DNA of 64,000 nt from positions 31,601 through 95,600 of IMG/VR virus record IMGVR_UViG_3300009996_000006; one strand, given 5' to 3'. Within the stretch, counting starts at the first letter, position 1. Every line of letters starts with the position of its first letter. The notes below the pieces were generated by a model. That model searched no databases and was not told the DNA's origin. It saw only the letters and a list, made by a program, of their open reading frames with translations. This document shows positions 40,372-49,567 of this stretch, piece after piece. The stretch is from a virus. A program made the translations under genes and the position numbers.

Positions 40372-42810
40372 ATCGTCATGTCGAGATTTGCTAATACCGT
40401 CGAAAGCTTCTAACTCATCAAAGTACATATTATTCCAGTCAGACTTGATTACATAAACCAATCCAATTTCAGAGCTTGCTGAGAAGGGTTCAAACCTTTT
40501 CAATTTACTCTTTGTTGTTCCAACTTTGATGAACTTTGCACCTAATCCTTTCTCGTTAAACTTTTCAACGTGGTATTGTCTAGCGGTGATACCAGCACTG
40601 GCTGGATCTTGTGGAAGATAGAATTGATAATTCTTTTCACCGTATCTTTTCATGTCATCTCTTGCGATTTCAGCAATCCAGTCAATGTTTGATCCTGAAC
40701 GCTTTCGATCTCTAACAACATCTAAGATGACGTATTTACCACATCTCGTTTTACCGATTAGTACCCCTGCCGTGTAATCGGGATCGGGGTTAGCTTCGCT
40801 CTTTAAAGCACTCGCTAAGTCCCAACACCTTACATATCTTGTAAATTCTAAGCCTTTTGTCGTAGTTAGAAGAGGTTCAACCCATTCCTTTTTAAAGTAA
40901 CCACCCTCTTCTTCACGAACCAACCAGTTTCCATAGTAAAGACGTTCACGCTTAATACGTGGCAAGCTTCTCAGGTTGCTAACATACTTAGGGTTTTTCT
41001 TTAACATTTCTGGATTGTCGTGACAGGTCGCACCAATGAACTTTAATGTCTCAGGCTGATAGTCTGATTCAGGATCGGTGATTTCTGGGAACTCTTCGTA
41101 GAACTCTTCTTTTGTTTCTCTGAATACAATATGATCGTTTCCGTCTACATCACTAAGTCGCATGTAGTAAAGAACCTTACCGTTTTTATCTGGATCAACA
41201 CGACCTTCAACTAGCTCATTATTAACATACGTTCCTTTTTGGTAGATGTATGACTCAATAAGATTGAATACGAAACTGTCTGGGTCTGGGTTACAAGTCA
41301 ACCAAATATTAGGCATCATATTTGCATTGGTACGAAGACGAGATACTGTCCACCAGAACTCTTCGTCGCTGATGTGTGTTGCTTCGTCGATCATACATGC
41401 TGAGATCTCAAGACCTTGAATCTTGTTCATCCCTTCTTCACCATCTAGACCGATAAATTCTATCGTTGCCCCTGATGGGAAAGTGATAACCATTGGTTGT
41501 TTTGTGTGAGTGATTCCAAACGGTTTGAACATTTGCAACGCTGTTCTAAAAGCACCACCAGTCTTTTTCAAGTCTGTCGCGTTTTTACGAATAACGTAAC
41601 CAACAAATTCAGGATCGTTTGTATATCTCAGGAATCGCATCAGTCCTTGATACGTATTATGGGTGACAATATAATCATCCGTAATGTACAAATGATCATC
41701 ACTATCAATAGCAATACACTGTGCTGGTTTTTCACCAACATATTCAATTGAAACAATCTCATCTAAAAGATTTTCTCTAACTCTACCCAGAGAACTTTTT
41801 CTTGTGAGTTTGAAAACCTTTCGACTATCTTTAAATTTCAAATAAACACGATATGATAAAGAACCTTGTTTCTTCTCACCGTTGTAAGTGTAAGTTGTAG
41901 TTCTTTCGACAATCTTAGCAACACCACCAAGAGTCAATGTTAATTGCTTAACATCATTAGCGAGCTGCTTACTAACTGTTGAGAACTCAATTGTTCCACA
42001 TTTACTAATCGTACCGTCTGAATCAAGAAGACCTCGAAGTAGTTCAAATCTATCTTCAATTGAAGCATTTAGATAAACATCTGGGATAAATTTCGTAAAA
42101 CTGTTTTCACCCATCAATCCAAGTTTTTTTAAAACATCAACAACATGATTGGAATTTTTTATTCTTCCTAACTCATCACGTTTGACACTCTTATCAATTT
42201 GAACAATTCCAAAATCATAATTCTTCAAGTGATTCAAATGACAACCGTAAGAGATTAAAGCTTCATTGAAATAATCAATAATTTCTTGATCAGTAGAACT
42301 TAACTTAACATTATGAGATGTCATATTACCATCACCAATAAGAACACCTAACATGTAAGGGTCAAATGGCAATTCTGGATTCTGATTTGTTGAAAGTGCT
42401 GCACTAACAGGGATATAAACCTTGTCACCATTTTGCAGAATATCAATCATTGTTTGTGTTGTAACAATTCCAGATTGACTTTTCTTTTTTGGTACACTAA
42501 TTGTTGCTTGCCATAAGTGTTCATCGCAAGCTTCTGTGACTCTACCAGATTTTGTTGTAATCTTATAAATTGGTTTACTATCAAAAGGGAATACACCAAT
42601 TACATTAGCAACATTGTTATCTGGTGTTATAACTTGAGAACCAAGTGTAATATCACCCATGAACTTCCAGCCATCAGGAGTAAGAATCTTAGCATCTAAA
42701 GGTTGAGCTTTACCACTTCCAGCGCTACCGCCATAAATTGTGATAAAGGCATTTGACTTTAAGAACTCTTCTTGTCTTGGACTAGATGGCTTTAATATTA
42801 CTCTAGCCAT
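40372..42810 (-). CDS. Terminase large subunit, exon 1 (contains intein)
   Basis: YGGSAGSGK|T Walker A, IDEA, TCNP, WDLA, PDYTAG. Confidence 0.92.
41656..42708 (-). mobile_element. Class-3 intein with LAGLIDADG endonuclease (351 aa)
   Basis: Ala1 AQPLD, HLW, QCI, VTHN|T; LGVLIGDG, LRGLLDSDG. Confidence 0.9.
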
Positions 42811-42816
42811 TTATTA

Positions 42817-43173
42817 TTAACTCTTTAGAAAATCATCATTGTGACCATCGTAATTGATGTCAAATGACGTTAATTGGTTTTCTTCTTGTTCTTGTTTAGG
42901 GGCTGATCTAAGTTTGATGTTGAGTTTCATTAACTCTCGTTTTAATTCACGATCTTCCCAATCTTGTTTTTTATCTCTGAATAGGATGTAGTATTGAACA
43001 TATTTTGCACTAGCATTCAACACATCAGATCGCTTAGCCTCTGGATCATTCATTATCTCAACGATTTTGTCCAGAGCTAAAACGATGTTAGTGTTGGTTT
43101 TGGCAATTAATGTGTCAATATCATTAACTCGCTTATTTCTTTGATGAGAAGGAAGCTTATTAATATCTGACAT
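42817..43173 (-). CDS. Putative terminase small subunit
   Basis: Helical small protein directly upstream of TerL. Confidence 0.5.
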   Translation of the reverse strand: MSDINKLPSHQRNKRVNDIDTLIAKTNTNIVLALDKIVEIMNDPEAKRSDVLNASAKYVQYYILFRDKKQDWEDRELKRELMKLNIKLRSAPKQEQEENQLTSFDINYDGHNDDFLKS

Positions 43174-43189
43174 TTCTTAATTTCCTCGA

Positions 43190-43567
43190 TTAAAAGTAAA
43201 CATGCTTTCCGCATGTTAGTAATGGATTCCCTTTATTATCTAAAGTTCTGTATCTAACCCCCATGCTTTTTGCATTGAAATAGATAGCACCATTTGTGTA
43301 GTTTGTTTTATTGGATAAAAAATCCTGTGCCACTCTAACCGATTCATTCCAAGCCTCTAATTCGTAAGTAGGCTTCTTTAAGTTAGAAGGGTTTTTTGTC
43401 CAAGAAAACTGTCTAGGTTGTCTAATAACCGATCTCATGTTACTTGGGAAACTATCATGTTTCGACCTATTGTGGACAACTTCCAATGAAGCATATTGAC
43501 ACTTCTTTGGCTGACCACGTTCTTCATGAAATACAACTAATGACATTAGTAACAATAAGTCACTCAT
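43190..43567 (-). CDS. SleB-like cell wall hydrolase
   Basis: HE.RG, V.NR, FP, QFSW, TNGAIYF, G.HVYF. Confidence 0.85.
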   Translation of the reverse strand: MSDLLLLMSLVVFHEERGQPKKCQYASLEVVHNRSKHDSFPSNMRSVIRQPRQFSWTKNPSNLKKPTYELEAWNESVRVAQDFLSNKTNYTNGAIYFNAKSMGVRYRTLDNKGNPLLTCGKHVYF

Positions 43568-43667
43568 AAGTAAGATTACCTCTGTATAAAGAATAATCGC
43601 CTATGATAACATAAGGTAAGAAAAATGTCTTGTTAACGTACAAGACTAAACGTTGGAGTAACTTTTA

Positions 43668-44423
43668 TTAAAGTTTCATAATTGCATTAGCAATTGATTC
43701 GGCAACCTTGTTTGGGTTTTCGATATAGCTGTTTAGCTCTTTCAAGTTAGAAATAAAGAATAGTTCTAAAATGATACCATTGTGTTCACAATAAGCTAAT
43801 CGGCTATGTTGACCTGAGTTAGATGCTTTCCATCCGCCATCAGATCCTCTGACCTTATAATCTAAATCATCGGAGATTGATTCACATAGTGTTTTGCATT
43901 GAGATTTAAATTCTGGTTTTGCCAGAGCCTCAATACCGTTTGCTTGTGCGTTATCTGATGCATTTAGGTGAAGCTCGATAGCAATATCACCCATTGGAAT
44001 TAATACAACAGCTTCAGATAGAATTAGATTATTCTCGCCTTCACCATCAGTGATGACCGTATATCCTTTACCACGAAGAATCTTTGCAACTCTATTTCTT
44101 AGATCAGTTACGATCTGTGCTTCCGTCCATTTCTTATCCTTAGAAACAGCACCGAAATCTTTAATACTATTATGACCAGCGGTTAAAACGATTGTTTTTA
44201 CAGGATTGATGAAAATACCGATCTTCTGTGCAAAGTAGTTTCCTACAATACCATCTTCTTTAACACCAATTCTTCTCTGATATGCCTTAACAGCATTTTC
44301 TGTACCACCACCGAACACACCATCATCATGCTTGACTTTTGCTGTATTTTGAGGAAGCAGTCCTTCTCTCTGTAATGCCTGTTGTAATGCAACAACATTA
44401 GCACCTTTATCACCGCGCTTCAT
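43668..44423 (-). CDS. Endolysin: peptidoglycan-binding domain plus Amidase_3
   Basis: DGVFG.GTE.AVK.YQ...DGIVG; AGH, E, ELHLNA, LEL.FISN. Confidence 0.88.
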   Translation of the reverse strand: MKRGDKGANVVALQQALQREGLLPQNTAKVKHDDGVFGGGTENAVKAYQRRIGVKEDGIVGNYFAQKIGIFINPVKTIVLTAGHNSIKDFGAVSKDKKWTEAQIVTDLRNRVAKILRGKGYTVITDGEGENNLILSEAVVLIPMGDIAIELHLNASDNAQANGIEALAKPEFKSQCKTLCESISDDLDYKVRGSDGGWKASNSGQHSRLAYCEHNGIILELFFISNLKELNSYIENPNKVAESIANAIMKL

Positions 44424-44431
44424 TGATCACC

Positions 44432-44698
44432 TTATCTATATCTAACTTCTTCAATGAATTGCTCTAACTTTTTAATATCAAAGCCTTGAAGAACTTGAAC
44501 TACATCACCGTTTGGTTTAACAGCAATGAATGTTGGAATACTTCTGATGTTATACTGAATCGTTAATTCTTCATTCTGATCAACGTCAATACTCTCGAAT
44601 TTAACTGGATATTCTGAACCTTTTCTTTCTAAGTGTTTCTCTGCTCTTGTGCAAGCTCCGCACCATGAAGCACCAAACTTTAGAATCTTAACAGTCAA
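44432..44698 (-). CDS. Thioredoxin
   Basis: ASWCGAC, IRSIPT. Confidence 0.85.
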   Translation of the reverse strand: MTVKILKFGASWCGACTRAEKHLERKGSEYPVKFESIDVDQNEELTIQYNIRSIPTFIAVKPNGDVVQVLQGFDIKKLEQFIEEVRYR

Positions 44699-44757
44699 AA
44701 CAATCTCCTTAAACGTGAAAAAGCCCTATAAGTATGAAACCGATAGGGCGTTAAAAA

Positions 44758-44836
44758 TGGTAGTCCTTGTGAGAGTTGAACTCACATCCTCCATGTTATG
44801 AGCATGGTGCTCTAACCAACTATGAGCTATAGGACT
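44758..44836 (-). tRNA. tRNA(CAT), probably Ile2, possibly elongator Met
   Basis: Cloverleaf, CCA; C4-G69/C5-G68. Confidence 0.8.
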
Positions 44837-44850
44837 ATAAAAAATGAATT

Positions 44851-44925
44851 TGGTGGAGAACTAGGGACTCGAACCCTAAACCTTAGACTTGCAAAGCCTC
44901 TGCACTACCTTTGTGCTAGAACCCC
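44851..44925 (-). tRNA. tRNA-Ala(TGC)
   Basis: Cloverleaf, G3.U70, CCA. Confidence 0.85.
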
Positions 44926-44929
44926 ATAT

Positions 44930-45004
44930 TGGTATTCCATATCGGATTCGAACCGATGTTTTCACCTTGAGGGGGTGACGACCTAACCGCTAGTCGAATG
45001 GAAT
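44930..45004 (-). tRNA. tRNA-Glu(CTC), atypical C33
   Basis: Anticodon arm TCACC-CCCTCAA-GGTGA. Confidence 0.75.
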
Positions 45005-45006
45005 AT

Positions 45007-45081
45007 TGGCAGATTCTCTAAGATTCGAACTCAGAACGCATGGTTTTGGAGACCAGCATGTTACCATTACAACAAGAACCT
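45007..45081 (-). tRNA. tRNA-Trp(CCA)
   Basis: Cloverleaf, CCA. Confidence 0.85.
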
Positions 45082-45082
45082 G

Positions 45083-45157
45083 TGGCGCTGAATGACGGAC
45101 TCGAACCGCCATAACTTGATTACAAAACAAGCATAATAGCCTTTATATTAATCCAGC
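45083..45157 (-). tRNA. tRNA-Thr(TGT)
   Basis: Cloverleaf, CCA. Confidence 0.8.
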
Positions 45158-45290
45158 ATTTTAAAACATTCTATACATCGACTAAAGAACCTTTACTGTG
45201 GTGTGAGGTATCTCATCGTTTTCCTACCACATACTAAAGCTACACAGTATAAAATGTTTTCTTCACAATTAAAGCTGTGAATCACTTATT

Positions 45291-45367
45291 TGGTATACCT
45301 AGAAAGACTTGAACTTTCAACCTCTTGATTCGTAGTCAAGCACTCTATCCAATTGAGCTATAGGCAT
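45291..45367 (-). tRNA. tRNA-Arg(ACG)
   Basis: Cloverleaf, CCA. Confidence 0.88.
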
Positions 45368-45373
45368 ATAATT

Positions 45374-45450
45374 TGGTGCGCCATGTAGGACTCGAACCTA
45401 CAACCGTTCACTTAGAAGGCGAATAAACTATCCAATTGTTCTAATGGCGC
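45374..45450 (-). tRNA. tRNA-Arg(TCT)
   Basis: Cloverleaf, CCA. Confidence 0.88.
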
Positions 45451-45455
45451 ATAAT

Positions 45456-45531
45456 TGGTATCGGAAGTGAGACTCGAACTCACACTGAAAGGATTTTAAG
45501 TCCTCTACCTCTGCCATTGGGTTACTCCGAC
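45456..45531 (-). tRNA. tRNA-Leu(TAA), short variable arm
   Basis: Cloverleaf, CCA. Confidence 0.85.
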
Positions 45532-45540
45532 ATAAATAAT

Positions 45541-45618
45541 TGGTAGGTAGTCTCGGACTCGAACCGAGAGACTTCAACTTCTAAGGATGAAAGGTATACC
45601 AATTCCCTTCAACTACCT
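45541..45618 (-). tRNA. tRNA-Leu(TAG), short variable arm
   Basis: Cloverleaf, CCA. Confidence 0.82.
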
Positions 45619-45785
45619 AATAAACTTCTTGAAAATTGACTATGACAATTAGGACACAAATAAAACTTGGCGCAACCTGTTCTAGACCAGATCACTACTT
45701 CAAGAGGGAAGCTAAGCTTACCATTTCTGATCCTTATCAATTGAGTTAATTATTCTCAATCTTACAGCACTAAGCTCTTGACATT

Positions 45786-45861
45786 TGGCGACTGATACGA
45801 GTTTCGATCTCGTTACCTCTACAGTGACAGTGTAGTGCTCTCCCGATTGAGCTAATCAGCC
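45786..45861 (-). tRNA. tRNA-Asp(GTC)
   Basis: Cloverleaf, CCA. Confidence 0.85.
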
Positions 45862-46335
45862 ATAAACTTTCTGTATCGATTTATGTGATACATTGAATAA
45901 TTTAGCTAGTGATCTACATCCATAAACAGGATCTCTTGGTTTATAATTGGATTTTATAAACTCAATATCAGATTCACTAAGTTTCCTATTTCTTGGTGTA
46001 AAATGAACACCATTATCAATAGCATGTTTAATATTTTCTTTTGGTGTTACCCACTCAAGATTGTCAACACAATTGTTTAATTTATTTAAATCAATGTGAT
46101 TAACCTCGATTTTATTATCATGATTTATGATAAATGCTTTAGCGACTAATCTATGAACTCTGAAACAGTGATTCTTACCATTTCTTCCTCCAATCTTAGT
46201 TGAAACTTGAAGGTATCCAGATTTACTAATTGTTTGTTTTAGTATTCTTCCTGTTCTTTTTGAATAAACATTACCAAAATTACTTATTTTAAAATAATCC
46301 TCAAAACCAACAACATCTTTCCATTCTTCAATCAT
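45856..46335 (-). CDS. NUMOD4-HNH homing endonuclease
   Basis: EEWKDV.GFE..F.ISN.G, VHRLVA.AF, VNHID.NK.NN...NLEWVT..EN; start at ATG 46335. Confidence 0.88.
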   Translation of the reverse strand: MIEEWKDVVGFEDYFKISNFGNVYSKRTGRILKQTISKSGYLQVSTKIGGRNGKNHCFRVHRLVAKAFIINHDNKIEVNHIDLNKLNNCVDNLEWVTPKENIKHAIDNGVHFTPRNRKLSESDIEFIKSNYKPRDPVYGCRSLAKLFNVSHKSIQKVYG

Positions 46336-46348
46336 AAAACACTCTAAT

Positions 46349-46426
46349 TGGTCTAGGTGGGAGGATTTGAACCTCCGACATTTTCTTTCCAAAAGAAATA
46401 GGCTAACCAGACTGCCCTACACCCAG
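46349..46426 (-). tRNA. tRNA-Pro(TGG)
   Basis: Cloverleaf, CCA. Confidence 0.85.
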
Positions 46427-46521
46427 AATAAACTTAAATTAGTGAATAAAACTAGAATCAAAGAGCGTTTATAGTGGAAATCCCACAGACTAAGATAAGT
46501 AATTTTATTCCTGATTTAAAT

Positions 46522-46600
46522 TGGCTACCACTGTGGGAATCGAACCCACCTAACCTTAGATTAACAGTCTAGTCCATGCACCTTGCTCGGATTCGTGGCA
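46522..46600 (-). tRNA. tRNA-Asn(GTT)
   Basis: Cloverleaf, CCA. Confidence 0.82.
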
Positions 46601-46611
46601 ACAACATTAAA

Positions 46612-47162
46612 GTTTAAAACGCTGAGATTAAACGTTTTAGAGATCATCTTTACAAACCTTATTTTTTAGTTTGTTATCCACATCTCTTTCAAGATGTAAT
46701 GATCAGTGCTGGTTATTATAGATAACCACTCTTAGACATTATAACTACTCTCTTACTACTCCAACTATGCTAGTATGCCTACCAGACACGATCTTTTCAT
46801 AAAATTACATATAACCTTGTGGGCGATATGTGCAATGGACAACCCATTACTATGTAAGCACCTTTCGTTACAATGTGTGAAACACTTTTACAAAATGAAT
46901 TTTCATTTAACCAATAAAATGTATGTTTGACTTTGGAGGCAATTAGTGGTTTCACATTAGCTAACGAACACTTTATGTTCATCAATACTAAACTAATCAC
47001 TGTGCTTTTATCATGCACGTTATTTATAGATATATAAAACTTTTGGTAAGTTTAACGACCTTGTACCAGCACCACCTGTATATCAGATCTAACATATCTT
47101 CAATAATGAATGAAAGCGTTATCACTTGATAATGATCTTCGCTCAGATTCTACAAGTTTTCT
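46612..47162 (-). ncRNA. Large structured ncRNA candidate (ROOL/GOLLD-like size and context)
   Basis: About 550 nt without a credible ORF, more than ten nested helices, between tRNA genes. Confidence 0.55.
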
Positions 47163-47163
47163 T

Positions 47164-47357
47164 ATTGTCTTATGGTTTCGACTCAAGCGCATTACACGCT
47201 TAACTTCATCCTCACCGATTGGCTCTGGAATCCATTAATATCTTGCTTGCATACTCGAAAGGATAAATCCTTCGCTGAAACAACCACGTTTCAACTTTAT
47301 ACTATTTTGTAGTTTATCTATAGGCTATATGCAACCTATTATCCCCGAAGAGACAAT
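47164..47357 (-). ncRNA. Structured multi-hairpin RNA candidate (~195 nt)
   Basis: Closed by ATTGTCT/AGACAAT, encloses about 5 hairpins. Confidence 0.4.
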
Positions 47358-47409
47358 TCTTTATATTAGTAATATAATCTAATAATCTAAATCATATTCT
47401 AATATAAAT

Positions 47410-47485
47410 TGGCAGTCATGTAAGGAATTGAACCTTATCTACGAGAGTCAAAGTCTCGTGTGCTAAACCGTTACACTACACGACA
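47410..47485 (-). tRNA. tRNA-Gln(TTG)
   Basis: Cloverleaf, CCA. Confidence 0.85.
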
Positions 47486-47492
47486 ACAAAAC

Positions 47493-47583
47493 TGGCAGAA
47501 GAAGTGGGACTTGAACCCACACGGCAATGACACCTAACTGTTTTCAAGACAGCATCCGTTAGACCGACTCGGATTATTCTTCT
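47493..47583 (-). tRNA. tRNA-Ser(TGA)
   Basis: Long variable arm, G73, CCA. Confidence 0.82.
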
Positions 47584-47650
47584 ACAAAGTGACTTTTTAA
47601 CTAGAAGCCTAACTAGGATGCCTTCTAAGGTAGCGATACCACGAAGAACT

Positions 47651-47739
47651 TGGCGGAGAGCATAGTAGTCGAAACTAAACCGAATTAACGATCAATCACC
47701 TTAGCAGGGTGTTCCGCAGACCTCTGCGGTTTACTATCC
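47651..47739 (-). tRNA. tRNA-Ser(GCT)
   Basis: Long variable arm, G73, CCA. Confidence 0.8.
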
Positions 47740-47744
47740 ATAAG

Positions 47745-47832
47745 TGGTGCATGTGGTAGGAATCGAACCTACGGTGCTTTGCGAGAACAGATTTACAGTC
47801 TGCCGTAACCAACCAACAGTTACCTCACATAC
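47745..47832 (-). tRNA. tRNA-Tyr(GTA)
   Basis: Long variable arm, CCA. Confidence 0.82.
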
Positions 47833-47978
47833 ATAAACTTTAAATTGTACCAAACCATATCAGTTACACTCATTGGTACAAAACTTTAAAATGTCAAAGA
47901 TGCTTTTGGATCAGATTAAGTATGTTTGCAACCAGTGACTTTTATCACCCTTACTAACACCCTTGCATTTTAAAACTT

Positions 47979-48054
47979 TGGATTACCATGTGGGACTTCA
48001 ACCCACTAAGAACGATGTTGCAGACCGTCTCTTCGAGCCTTTAGATTATGGTAA
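47979..48054 (-). tRNA. tRNA-Cys(GCA)
   Basis: U73, CCA; atypical T-loop. Confidence 0.72.
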
Positions 48055-48070
48055 TTCTTTAAAGGAGCTA

Positions 48071-48397
48071 CTACTTCATTTTAATAGTAGCTTCAAATAC
48101 AAAACGATAATTGTTATCAACTAAAGCTTCTGCTCTATCATAGGTTGTTGCCATTCTTAAAACAGCGCCAGTGTAAGAAACAATTGCGAAGACACAATTC
48201 TTAGAATCTTCATTTGCTACATCACCAACTTTAAACCTAAACTTTCTATATGTATATGAATCATCATAAGTACATAAGAACTGAGCTAAAGATTTAGAAA
48301 AGGTAAATCTCATTACTTTACCTTCTTTATTCAGTATACCGTAAATACTTCGTTTTGAAGTTTTATCAATACACTGACGACAAACCTAATGTTTCAT
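48071..48397 (-). CDS. 108-codon gene with in-frame TAG at codon 4 (ORF track sees only 48071-48313)
   Basis: AAGGAG RBS 48403-48408, ATG AAA CAT TAG, frame continues into MRFTF; internal two-fold repeat spans the upstream part. Confidence 0.65.
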
Positions 48398-48412
48398 ACT
48401 TTCTCCTTAATT

Positions 48413-48486
48413 TGGTGCTTGATCTGAGATTCGAACTCAGGCTTGTTGTTTTAGAGACAATTATGCTTCCACTACATCAATCAAGC
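48413..48486 (-). tRNA. Amber suppressor tRNA (anticodon CTA)
   Basis: GCTTGAT/ATCAAGC acceptor, D-arm, ATTGT-CTCTAAA-ACAAC anticodon arm, CTGAG-TTCGAAT-CTCAG T-arm, ACCA. Confidence 0.85.
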
Positions 48487-48498
48487 GTTTTTAAAAAA

Positions 48499-48574
48499 TG
48501 GTTGCGAGAATCAGAATCGAACTGATACCTCTCAGGTTATGAGCCTGATTTTCTACCTATTAAAATATCTCGCA
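48499..48574 (-). tRNA. tRNA-Met(CAT), initiator-like
   Basis: TGCG acceptor, TCAGG/CCTGA anticodon stem, CCA. Confidence 0.8.
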
Positions 48575-49012
48575 GTTGTTACTTTCTAAATAATCCGCTA
48601 AAGATTTAATCACACCAACATCTTCTTTTAGAAGACCTAATGATACATTACATGATCTACAAAGTACACCTCTAATTTTACCAGATGTGTGACAATGATC
48701 AACGCATAAATCATCTTTAGTGTAACAAACATTACATGAATTATTAGATTTTAAAAATAAATCTCTAATAAACTCATCAGATTCACCATATTTATAAGAA
48801 AGAACCTTAAATCTATTTCTTAAAGACCAGTCTCGAACTGACTTTTTATGCTTATCTGAGTTTTTCTTATACCAGACTTCTCTAACATAAGAATTATGAC
48901 AGCTTTTACATTTATAAGAATATCCTCTTTTTGAGTTTGATTTCTTACTAAACTTAAAATAAGGTAATTTACTTTTACAAGAACTGCATTCTAGTATATA
49001 TGTAAACATCAC
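48560..49012 (-). CDS. Endonuclease VII-domain homing endonuclease
   Basis: CNVC...VDHCH.SGKIRG.LC..CN..LG; N-terminal CxxC pairs. Confidence 0.85.
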   Translation of the reverse strand: MMFTYILECSSCKSKLPYFKFSKKSNSKRGYSYKCKSCHNSYVREVWYKKNSDKHKKSVRDWSLRNRFKVLSYKYGESDEFIRDLFLKSNNSCNVCYTKDDLCVDHCHTSGKIRGVLCRSCNVSLGLLKEDVGVIKSLADYLESNNCEIF

Positions 49013-49137
49013 TTCTCGCCATAAAATGTATTGTGTGATGTATGTTATTCAAGTTAGTAAGAGTAGCTATCTGCATCCCTAACTCGCATACATCCATAAT
49101 AAATCTTATTATATTATTTGGTATTACCCAAAGAATT

Positions 49138-49215
49138 TGGTACTGTATATGGGACTCGAACCCATATCATTCAGATTGAAAGTCTGACATCCTATTCCAA
49201 TTAGACGAATACAGT
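49138..49215 (-). tRNA. tRNA-Glu(TTC)
   Basis: Cloverleaf, CCA. Confidence 0.85.
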
Positions 49216-49238
49216 ATTGTTTCTAAATCATGTAGAGA

Positions 49239-49266
49239 ATGTTACCACTCTTTTTATGATTGTCAA
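49239..49266 (-). promoter_or_regulatory. Promoter TTGACA-N16-TAACAT (TG extension)
   Basis: Motif upstream of tRNA-Glu. Confidence 0.65.
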
Positions 49267-49321
49267 GTATTATTTTAATTTATTTTCAAAATAATTCTTA
49301 ATTAATAAATCCAATCGAAAT

Positions 49322-49396
49322 TGGTACTTCCTGATAGAATCGAACTATCGCGTCCTCCTTGTAAGAGAGGGGGTTCTACCATTAAACTAAGGAAGT
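49322..49396 (-). tRNA. tRNA-Val(TAC)
   Basis: Cloverleaf, CCA. Confidence 0.85.
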
Positions 49397-49402
49397 ATTA
49401 TA

Positions 49403-49477
49403 TGGCGCGGGTGCAGAGAATCGAACTCTGATCCGATGGGTGGAAACCATCTATAATTGCCATTATACGACACACGC
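49403..49477 (-). tRNA. tRNA-Gly(TCC)
   Basis: Cloverleaf, CCA. Confidence 0.85.
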
Positions 49478-49491
49478 ATGTTTTTAAAATT

Positions 49492-49565
49492 TGGTTGAAG
49501 ATGATGGTAACGCTCCATCGACTGTGAATTATCAGTTCACTGTTATACTTTTTAACTAATCTTCA
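49492..49565 (-). tRNA. tRNA-Ile(GAT), atypical T-loop
   Basis: Cloverleaf, CCA; T-loop AGCGTTA. Confidence 0.72.
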
Positions 49566-49567
49566 AT

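Noticed and set aside
516..42699. Many short plus-strand ORFs (e.g. 516-806, 20849-21304, 26472-26978, 38248-38739)
   Set aside because: Antisense shadows of well-supported minus-strand genes.
46336..46392. ORF-track start of the NUMOD4-HNH gene
   Set aside because: Overlaps tRNA-Pro; the real start is ATG 46335.
46797..47018. 73-aa ORF
   Set aside because: No RBS or recognisable motif; lies within the structured RNA candidate.
48413..48486. Reading this tRNA as Arg(TCT) or tRNA-Pyl
   Set aside because: The TCT register breaks the anticodon stem and U33. The body is a standard cloverleaf and no pyl genes are in the window.
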